Origin: Chiloscyllium plagiosum
Taxonomy: Eukaryota
Assembly (NCBI RefSeq): GCF_004010195.1
Contig: NC_057728.1
Location: 45,231,419-45,295,418, forward strand
Reading direction: 5' to 3'
DNA: 64,000 nucleotides
How positions within the stretch are numbered: the first letter of the stretch is position 1; each line of letters starts with the position of its first letter. The notes beneath the pieces were generated by a model. It was given only the letters and a program-made list of their open reading frames with translations. It did not search any database and was not told where the DNA came from. Positions 60,801 to 64,000 of the stretch are shown here, piece after piece. Made by a program: the position numbers and the translations under genes.

Positions 60801-61962
60801 CTATCTGTTCAGCAAACTGAGCTAATCAACTCACTGATGTAGTATACTTGGATTTTTAAAACACATTTGATTAAGTGCCACATCAAGGAGGCTGGACAAA
60901 TTAAAGTAGGGTATAGGGAATAACATATTAGCATGGATAAAGGGTTAGCTAGCTAACCAGGAGCGGTGAATTGGGACAACTGTATCTTTGATCCATTGAC
61001 AAGCTGTCACTAGTGGAGTGTCACCAGGGTAAGTGACACTTCACTTAATCCTAAATTGTTTACAGTCCAGATCAATGACTTGGATGAGGGGACTGAATGT
61101 ACAATAGTTAAATTTGTTGATGATATCAAAATTTATAGAAATAAATTGTGAGGAGGGGGTGGAGAATTTGCAAAGAAATGATTAGGAAGACAGATGGAAT
61201 TTTGTTATTTATGGCTGGGGAATAGAATATAGGGGCAGGGAATTGTTATTGTAGCTGGTGATATCCCACGCAGAGTATTGTGTATAGTTTTAGTCTCCTT
61301 ATTTGAAAAAAAAGATATGGTTGCTTTGGAAGCAGTTCACTCAACTCATTTCAAGGATAAGGAAGGATTATGAAGGAAGGTTAAACAGGTTAGATCGATT
61401 CCCATTGGTGTTTTGAAGAATTAGAGGTGATCTTATTGAAGCATGTAAGATCTTGAAGGAAATGGATAGGGTTGGATGCCAAGAGGATATTTCCTCTTGT
61501 GCAGGGTATCAAAGATTATGGGGTGCAGACAGGAACTTGGAACTGAGACGACAACTGAATCACTTGAGACCTTATTGAATGGTGGTGGAGGCTCATAGGC
61601 CAAATGCCAACTCCCACTCCTAAATCCTATATATTTTCTGTATTTAGTCCCATATGGAAGGCAAATCTGCGGGTTTTTATCAATGTGGGGTGAATTTTCA
61701 AATCATTGTTTTCTGCTTCCTTGTGCACTGGGATAAATACTTCTCTTTGTAAAAGTCATACCCTTCAAATTATTTTTCCAACTTGTTGATTTTTCAGAAC
61801 CTACATATTACTGATATGCTTTGTTTTATCTGCTTTAATCTATTTTGAATATGTTTGCTTTATCATAGATCTCAAGAGCTTCCTTTTAAGTCTTAATGGA
61901 TGTCATAGACTGCTGGAATTGTTACTACATGGGAATCCACTTCAGCAAGAGTCAGGCTGGAG
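3697..61962 (+). CDS. LRRIQ1: Leucine-rich repeat and IQ domain-containing protein 1 (LRRIQ1 ortholog), spliced, 13 coding exons in window, 3' end beyond window
   Basis: Exons 3697-3822, 5076-5181, 7670-7764, 9374-9497, 13568-13794, 25521-25595, 26441-27712, 31210-31362, 38699-38849, 39700-39893, 45820-45947, 59243-59316 and 61869-61962 all have AG/GT boundaries. They join phase-consistently (2819 nt) with no stops. The peptide order matches recalled human LRRIQ1: MDED..EAEL, ELPKSVL..LILQDLE, EVEERCQ, IQ motif, TVTLQDLPG..LKYIDVQ, LRRs, GNPLQQESGWR. Confidence 0.92.
5076..5181 (+). CDS. LRRIQ1: LRRIQ1 coding exon 2 (DSDELPKSVLDYLEHIKQRTGNVEKLILQDLEQPD)
   Basis: tctttag| acceptor, |gtaagt donor, phase 0 to 1. 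Confidence 0.9.
5762..6142 (-). mobile_element. CR1 LINE 3' fragment
   Basis: Closely similar to the copy at 6968-7350, with reverse-complement CR1 tail (agaccat...agacatag). Confidence 0.8.
6968..7350 (-). mobile_element. CR1 LINE 3' fragment
   Basis: Minus ORF MFPLAGGTRNQWHSLRVKGRPFRTEMRRNLF...FKTEIDRFL. Confidence 0.88.
7670..7764 (+). CDS. LRRIQ1: LRRIQ1 coding exon 3 (YAVYPERSYPGTDMLMELAAEFGEDHLNLKEK)
   Basis: tttgcag| acceptor, AAG|gtaata donor, phase 1 to 0. Confidence 0.8.
8137..8490 (-). mobile_element. HE1/V-SINE-like SINE
   Basis: tRNA-like head (gggcaacacagtggctcagtggttag on minus), central domain and CR1-like tail. Confidence 0.8.
8604..8808. mobile_element. Penelope pLTR fold-back insertion with hammerhead motif, 16-bp TSD
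   Basis: Inverted arms centred near 8690. TSD ctggtatagctaagct at 8588-8603 and 8809-8824. Confidence 0.85.
9374..9497 (+). CDS. LRRIQ1: LRRIQ1 coding exon 4 (ILVQIEEEEQRMQ...NETMP)
   Basis: ttctttag| acceptor, CAG|gtaaaa donor, phase 0 to 1. Confidence 0.8.
9525..10118. mobile_element. Tigger/pogo-like non-autonomous DNA transposon with internal 39-bp tandem repeats
   Basis: TA|CAG...CTG|TA ends with degenerate TIRs (cagaaagttctcctataacgc / gcattgtcccaaagctacctg). Repeat units start at 9796, 9835, 9874 and 9915. Confidence 0.6.
10211..10783 (+). mobile_element. Penelope-like retroelement, 5'-truncated: GIY-YIG endonuclease C-terminus plus pLTR, short inverted tail at 5' end, 15-bp TSD
   Basis: ORF AERFREHLRDTRTNQPHRPVAQYFN...EERLIFRLGTLQPQGTNVDF. 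TSD acaatgcagcaatgg at 10196-10210 and 10784-10798. Bases 10211-10234 are the reverse complement of the pLTR 3' tail. Confidence 0.88.
10697..10727 (+). ncRNA. Minimal hammerhead ribozyme motif in Penelope pLTR (sense to LRRIQ1 pre-mRNA)
   Basis: CTGATGA-A-GGGC-TTTT-GCCC-GAAA-TGTC. The family consensus has GAAACGTC, so this copy has a C>T change. Confidence 0.6.
12120..12338. mobile_element. Penelope pLTR fold-back insertion, 13-bp TSD
   Basis: Near-perfect inverted arms. TSD aagtgaaattatg at 12107-12119 and 12339-12351. Confidence 0.85.
12470..12820 (-). mobile_element. Old LINE 3' fragment (tail shared with SINE at 54118)
   Basis: The reverse complement contains aaatgctggctttgccaacaacatccgcatcc, resembling the SINE tail at 54420-54470. 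Confidence 0.45.
12871..13187 (-). mobile_element. HE1/V-SINE-like SINE, full length
   Basis: (agatt)n tail, aaacaggccctttggcccaac segment, gggaggaaacc domain and tRNA head. Confidence 0.88.
13568..13794 (+). CDS. LRRIQ1: LRRIQ1 coding exon 5 (DNEETLARECKEVEERCQ...LAEERQ), coiled coil
   Basis: Lies within ORF 13558..13824. tttag| acceptor, CAG|gtaagt donor, phase 1 to 0. Confidence 0.88.
14591..14905 (-). mobile_element. HE1/V-SINE-like SINE nested in Penelope pLTR
   Basis: Same sequence family as 12871-13187. Confidence 0.88.
15318..16059 (-). mobile_element. Solo LTR (ERV- or Gypsy-like), 742 bp, 4-bp TSD ATAT
   Basis: TGTT...AACA termini, ATAT at 15314-15317 and 16060-16063. Minus-strand CCAAT boxes (near 15545 and 15586) lie upstream of an AATAAA near 15410. 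The element is CpG-rich. Confidence 0.8.
16232..16442 (+). mobile_element. tRNA-derived SINE (second family)
   Basis: agttagctcagttggctg head, ttcaattc B-box-like motif and tctctctctaatgagagagc end. Related copies at 26135-26310 and 60610-60830. Confidence 0.7.
16810..18558 (+). mobile_element. CR1 LINE fragment interrupted by solo LTR
   Basis: gtaccacagggatcagtgctg and attagtaagtttgcagatga (ISKFADD) before the LTR. It resumes at 17694 and runs to the CR1 tail. Confidence 0.82.
17075..17693 (+). mobile_element. Solo LTR, about 619 bp, imperfect 4-bp TSD (ctca/caca)
   Basis: TG...CA ends splitting the CR1 RT motif codons, AATAAA near 17543. The 3' end is similar to the minus-strand end of the LTR at 63021-63687. 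Confidence 0.7.
18560..18990 (+). pseudogene. Decayed PIF/Harbinger (HARBI1-like) transposase C-terminus
   Basis: Translates with frameshifts as KGYPLWK...AITLLKMWYRCLD...VQRSPGRVSRIMV..CMLHNVAQYGG. This matches the recalled Harbinger motif GYPL...IGLLKMRFRCLD...YSPERVSRII..C.LHN. Confidence 0.65.
21077..21386 (-). mobile_element. HE1/V-SINE-like SINE, full length
   Basis: (agatt)n tail through tRNA head ctaaccactgagccac. Confidence 0.88.
21705..21872 (+). mobile_element. CR1 3' tail fragment
   Basis: atgggccgaaagaactcttctgtactctaagactctg tail. Confidence 0.55.
22638..22829 (-). pseudogene. Possible decayed Myb/SANT-like ORF of the Harbinger element
   Basis: KAPFCDAERIILE...RKKR, with EQVNTAL in a shifted frame, ending at a GAG|gt donor-like site. 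It is convergent with the transposase remnant. Similarity is weak. Confidence 0.35.
23109..23164 (+). mobile_element. HE1-like SINE 3' tail nested in an L2-like tail fragment
   Basis: tgggccgaagggcctgtttccacattgtagggaatctattctaatctaatc. Confidence 0.7.
25521..25595 (+). CDS. LRRIQ1: LRRIQ1 coding exon 6 (QQQIQLEKKIGEDQEHWEQKLKEHE)
   Basis: ttttgttcag| acceptor, GAG|gtggga donor, 75 nt, phase 0 to 0. Confidence 0.85.
26135..26310 (-). mobile_element. tRNA-derived SINE (second family)
   Basis: Reverse-complement match to 16232-16442. Confidence 0.65.
26441..27712 (+). CDS. LRRIQ1: LRRIQ1 coding exon 7, 1272 nt: IQ motif (IIQARFRAYLVRKRY), long E/K/R coiled coil, linker
   Basis: Coincides with the 427-aa ORF 26456..27739. 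tttttag| acceptor at 26440, CAG|gtacaa donor, phase 0 to 0. Confidence 0.93.
27913..28002 (-). mobile_element. 90-bp Penelope pLTR/hammerhead insertion, 14-bp TSD
   Basis: Minus strand CTGAAGA-A-GGGCTTATGCCC-GAAACGTC. TSD tgctttttaatgtt at 27899-27912 and 28003-28016. Confidence 0.85.
28345..28438 (-). mobile_element. 94-bp Penelope pLTR/hammerhead insertion, 11-bp TSD
   Basis: Near-identical to 27913-28002, with the core mutated to CTAAAGA. TSD tggtgacagtg at 28334-28344 and 28439-28449. Confidence 0.85.
31210..31362 (+). CDS. LRRIQ1: LRRIQ1 coding exon 8 (VRTVTLQDLPGFSLSTFSQC...LKYIDVQ), first LRRs
   Basis: acacag| acceptor, CAG|gtaaaa donor, 153 nt. Confidence 0.92.
34055..34663. mobile_element. 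Composite Penelope insertion: inverted pLTR arms enclosing a family-B pLTR piece
   Basis: Arms at about 34093-34225 and 34533-34663 are reverse complements. The internal segment 34290-34365 reads cctgatgaaggagcgtcgctccgaaagc on the minus strand. Confidence 0.8.
34720..36660 (-). mobile_element. Old degraded CR1 LINE (endonuclease region)
   Basis: Minus ORF DLIAITETW (APE motif) at about 35985-36060. Boundaries are approximate. Confidence 0.55.
37660..38140 (+). mobile_element. Old L2 LINE 3' fragment
   Basis: Degenerate L2 motifs (LINA.., LKLIDSSA, HITSVLAGL) and an L2-like tail (tgcaatataaatacaa). Confidence 0.5.
38699..38849 (+). CDS. LRRIQ1: LRRIQ1 coding exon 9 (ENKIKHIHCLELENLCILLLSHNQITSIHGLENC...NNITRI), LRRs
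   Basis: cacttag| acceptor, |gtgagc donor, LxxLxLxxNxI pattern, phase 0 to 1. Confidence 0.92.
39700..39893 (+). CDS. LRRIQ1: LRRIQ1 coding exon 10 (GGLESFKKLQRLVVDHNELIS...LQNNNLSE), LRRs
   Basis: ttttctag| acceptor, GAG|gtaacg donor, overlaps ORF 39738..39998, phase 1 to 0. Confidence 0.92.
40018..40108 (-). mobile_element. Old Penelope pLTR/hammerhead fragment
   Basis: Minus strand ctgaagaaaagtcattggacccgaaacgtt. Confidence 0.55.
40918..41012 (-). mobile_element. Old Penelope pLTR fragment
   Basis: Degenerate homolog of 40018-40108 (ttctgaaaaagggtcactcgac on minus). Confidence 0.45.
41112..41350 (-). mobile_element. HE1/V-SINE-like SINE, 5'-truncated, young (CpG-rich)
   Basis: (agatt)n tail through gcaaactccacacag. 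Confidence 0.88.
41348..41637. repeat. 144-bp tandem duplication (2 copies, 1 mismatch)
   Basis: cagtaccgaaatg...gtcag starts at 41348 and 41492. The only difference seen is gagctc vs gaactc. Confidence 0.95.
41729..42012 (+). mobile_element. HE1/V-SINE-like SINE
   Basis: gctgcctcacagcaccagggaccc...ctgtttccacactgtagagaatct. Confidence 0.88.
42095..42472 (+). mobile_element. Old DeuSINE-like SINE remnant
   Basis: Degenerate tRNA head (gagttcaaactccactccagag), ccatcttttggatgag and aattggctgtgaagcattttggg motifs. Family assignment is from recall. Confidence 0.45.
42743..43723 (+). mobile_element. Young 5'-truncated CR1 LINE (RT C-terminus plus 3' UTR)
   Basis: FTIYVNDI...SKFADDTKLGG...WQMQFNVDKC...RLRGDLIDTYK. 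One premature TGA at 43192-43194, and a ctattgtctattg tail. Confidence 0.95.
44108..44368 (+). mobile_element. CR1 3' fragment
   Basis: MRRHFFTQRVVSLWNSLPQEAV. Confidence 0.85.
45820..45947 (+). CDS. LRRIQ1: LRRIQ1 coding exon 11 (LPKFRNHVLLRELYLDDNSISSLKVLSEYWLPMLQHLSVSQN)
   Basis: ccgacag| acceptor, AG|gtatgt donor, phase 0 to 2. Confidence 0.92.
46266..46421. mobile_element. Older Penelope pLTR fold-back insertion, 13-bp TSD
   Basis: ctgaggaagggtcactcaacccgcaac hammerhead remnant. TSD tacctctgagatt at 46253-46265 and 46422-46434. Confidence 0.7.
47884..47971 (+). mobile_element. CR1 3' tail
   Basis: ggaccgaagggtctgtttctacgctgtatatctctatgactcta. Confidence 0.75.
48708..48806 (-). mobile_element. 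Short tRNA-derived SINE (third family)
   Basis: Related degenerate copies at 41020-41100, 48340-48430 and 54955-55066. Confidence 0.55.
48941..49089. mobile_element. Tigger/pogo-like MITE, 149 bp, TA TSD
   Basis: TA|CAGAGAAACCTTGATTATC...GATAATCGAGGTTTCTCTG|TA with internal gattatc repeats. Confidence 0.85.
49348..49550. mobile_element. Penelope pLTR fold-back insertion
   Basis: Inverted arms around cctgatgaaggg at 49460. Partial flanking repeat tgggccta. Confidence 0.8.
50690..51030 (-). mobile_element. Old CR1 3' fragment
   Basis: Minus ORF CNTLPESVVEPDSIIIFKRELDKH. Confidence 0.65.
51727..52232. mobile_element. CR1 insertion with internal inversion
   Basis: 51727-51925 is a minus-strand 3' end. 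51930-52232 is the upstream part in plus orientation (ERAQKRLIKML...RLRSDLIEVYKIM). Confidence 0.85.
53636..53757 (-). mobile_element. Penelope family-B pLTR fragment
   Basis: Reverse complement of the element at 215-337. Confidence 0.7.
54118..54472 (+). mobile_element. tRNA-derived SINE (fourth family), full length
   Basis: tggcctaatagt A-box-like and gttcaaatccc B-box motifs, with LINE-derived tail ...tgtgaatgaa. Confidence 0.8.
54955..55066 (-). mobile_element. Short tRNA-derived SINE (third family) abutting 5S pseudogene
   Basis: Minus strand ggccctcttgtggtacagtggtggtatccc...ctccagaagtgtgtaataac, similar to 48708-48806. Confidence 0.55.
55068..55188 (-). pseudogene. 5S rRNA pseudogene, full length (121 nt), diverged
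   Basis: Minus strand gcatacaaccatattactctgaaaac...tctgatcctagaagctaagcagattcaggtctggtcagtacttggataagaaactacctg...gtatgcttt is collinear with vertebrate 5S rRNA. It retains box A GAAGCTAAGCAG and AGTACTTGGAT. Confidence 0.85.
55208..56010 (-). mobile_element. Old CR1 fragments (two 3' ends)
   Basis: Reverse-complement CR1 tails at 55208 and 55916 (taagaacataagaa...aggagcagg), plus degenerate ORF2 sequence. Confidence 0.6.
56740..57290 (-). mobile_element. Old DeuSINE-like remnant split by Penelope hairpin
   Basis: Reverse-complement similarity to 42095-42472 (cagccaat; ctccctcagta; gtgggatttaaatc). Confidence 0.4.
56972..57179. mobile_element. Penelope pLTR fold-back insertion, 14-bp TSD
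   Basis: About 80-bp near-perfect inverted arms centred near 57055. TSD aattgtacaacact at 56958-56971 and 57180-57193. Confidence 0.88.
58012..58157 (-). mobile_element. Penelope pLTR insertion with short inverted arm, 11-bp TSD
   Basis: TSD cttagttacca at 58001-58011 and 58158-58168. Hammerhead remnant on the minus strand. Confidence 0.82.
59243..59316 (+). CDS. LRRIQ1: LRRIQ1 coding exon 12 (SLTDLTAMSDFLLLERLNVSNNRLS)
   Basis: tttttcag| acceptor, CAG|gtgaag donor, phase 2 to 1, LRR pattern. Confidence 0.87.
60167..60295. mobile_element. Penelope family-B fold-back insertion, 15-bp flanking duplication
   Basis: ttaaaaatcacacaac...gttgtgtgatttttaa inverted arms. atcattcataccatg at 60152-60166 and 60296-60310. 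Confidence 0.8.
60610..60830 (-). mobile_element. tRNA-derived SINE (second family)
   Basis: Reverse-complement match to 16232-16442. Confidence 0.65.
60834..61630 (+). mobile_element. Old CR1 fragment with deletions
   Basis: DVVYLDF and KFVDDIK motifs, agaggtgatcttattgaa, and a CR1 tail. Confidence 0.7.
61869..61962 (+). CDS. LRRIQ1: LRRIQ1 coding exon 13 (DLKSFLLSLNGCHRLLELLLHGNPLQQESGWR)
   Basis: atcatag| acceptor, AG|gtgagc donor, phase 1 to 2, contains LxLxGNP. Confidence 0.87.
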
Positions 61963-62984
61963 GTGAGCCAAACCCATTTTTCAAGCTTTGCTGTCTGACA
62001 GGCAGAATAGTTCATTGTATTGAATATAAAAGTTAAGAATGCCTCAATAAAAGTTTAAATGTCTGTAAATGTAGAATCTGTATTAAATACGTAGACTAGT
62101 GTTATAGAAAATCCTGATGTGCATACATCTGCATTATCTACATGGGAAGTTTAAACTTCTAATTGTTAGCCTTACTATGTCTGGATTGCTCTGCGATTCC
62201 TACGGCAGTGGGATCAAATGGTCAGAACTGTGCTGGCTTGGTCTTTTTAGTAATTTAGGAACGGCTGTTTTGTATCAAAGTTATTTCTTATGGATGTTTT
62301 TTCTTCCTCAGCATCTCAAAACTTGCAAGTTGTTATATGGCCCATTGGTTCTCTTTATACTGCAGAATGGTTGAATCAGCATGGAGATGGCATGAATAAG
62401 AACTTTTAAACTTACCCTTTTGAAAGATTCTTGAATCGTGACGCTAGTTCATTAGTCCTCTGCAGAACTGTCATTCAGACTTCATATCATTAACTTAAGT
62501 AAAAATTTGAAGTGATGGCGGGAATTGTTTTGAAACACTTATCCCTCAATACAGCTGACTTGGTTAGGAGAGCAAAATGCAGGCTTTATACTTGCACTTT
62601 TATCCCAGATCGCCCTAAATTATTAGTGCAGAATTTGTGCCAGATAATTCCAGATTTTCTTCCCACAGTTTTTAAATGACAATGGAGAAAAATCATTGTG
62701 TCTATTTGATTCCAAGTTTTTGGTAATTGGTACATTATGTGAATCTAAAACAGATCTAACTTTTCAGACTTAGTATGTAGGTACATCCTATTGCTATTAA
62801 GGAGCGAGTTCCATGATCTTGAGTGACAGTGTAGTGTGTAACATGAGGGGAACAGGCAGGTGACAGTGATACCATGCTTTTGTTTCCCTTGATCTACTAG
62901 GTGATAAACGTTGTAGATTTGGAAAATGCTGCTGAAGAAACCTTGGCGAGTTGCTGCAATATTTCTTGTAGATGGTACATTAAC

Positions 62985-64000
62985 AGGGAAAAACAGGGTG
63001 GATAAAGATAAACTATCTCCTGTTGTGGTCTAGGCCAGACCACTCAAAATATTCTTAAACAGGCAGCCCACACTGTAACTTTGCTATTTGTTTTGGTAAA
63101 TTTACAGTGAAAATTACCCAGAGTAAGTTAGCTAGGCTGACTACCAGATTTTAAAACAGACAAAAATTTATTCACAAAATTACAAAATGAAACACAAAGA
63201 ACAGAATATAGAATACCCACAGAACTCAGTCTATCCAAACTAGACTTAGTTATGCTGTTCCAAAAATACACAACAGTCCTAATAAATAAAACCCTTTAAA
63301 CACAGAGTAAAAATGAAAAATAGACTTAAAGGTTGAAGTTAGAAAGGCAGAAGGAGAGAGAGTTTAGCAGCCTGTTTCCACACAGCTCACTGCTGAACTG
63401 ACTCAAACAAAACTTCAGCTTTTCGGACTGACCACTCCCCTTTCATTATGCAGGTCACTTCCACAACATGAAAGCTGTGGCCTAAAGTCTCATCTGTTTA
63501 TATATAAACGAAAAGGCCTCCAAATACCCTTTTCATCTCTGTACGAACCCAGCTGATTCGGAGCCTGGGTTGTTTTATGACTCATTCCCCCTACCCCTCC
63601 CCCCCCCCCCCCGCCCTGTAAAAAATCAAGGACACAGTATCCTTGAGAAAAGGAACAGCTTTTAGAAAAAGGACCAGCTTTGTGACACTCCACTGTTTGA
63701 AAATTCTAAAACCACAAGGCATAGTCTAAGAACTAGGGCCAGACCATTCAAGAGGGATGCTAGAAAGTACACATACAAAGAGTTGTGGAGGTTTGGAACT
63801 CTCTTCCTCAAATGGTGGTCGATTTGATGCTCATTCAATTGTTAAGTTTAAGTCTAAGATAGACACTTTTTTATTAAGCAAGGATAGCAAAAGATATGGG
63901 TCGAAGGCTCACATATGGAGTTAGGCTACAGTTCCGTCATAATCTTATTGAATGGTGGAGCAGGCCTGAGGGGCTGAATGGCCTACTGCTCCTCTTATGT
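62985..64000 (+). mobile_element. CR1 3' fragment interrupted by solo LTR
   Basis: gggtggataaagataaactatctcc|actgtttg...gaatggcctactgctcct tail. Confidence 0.75.
63021..63687 (-). mobile_element. Solo LTR, 667 bp, 4-bp TSD CTCC, inserted in CR1
   Basis: TGT...ACA termini, CTCC at 63017-63020 and 63688-63691, minus-strand AATAAA near 63170. Flanking CR1 sequence is continuous when the LTR is removed. Confidence 0.82.

Overview
This is eukaryotic, intron-rich vertebrate DNA. The repeat families (HE1/V-SINE-like SINEs, CR1 LINEs, Penelope-like elements) point to a cartilaginous fish, probably a shark (inference). The window holds the 5' part of an LRRIQ1-like gene on the + strand. It has a CpG-island promoter with an RFX X-box, a probable non-coding exon 1 ending at 1544, and 13 GT-AG coding exons (3697..61962). 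These splice phase-consistently into 939 codons plus 2 nt: acidic N-terminus, coiled coil, IQ motif, then leucine-rich repeats. The gene continues past the window. The introns contain CR1, L2 and RTE-type LINE fragments, several SINE families, three solo LTRs with 4-bp TSDs, two Tigger/pogo-like elements, a decayed Harbinger transposon and a 5S rRNA pseudogene. The most striking non-genic signal is more than a dozen short Penelope pLTR insertions, most with hammerhead-ribozyme motifs. Many are fold-back hairpins flanked by 11-16 bp target-site duplications. All homology calls come from recalled family knowledge, not from database searches.
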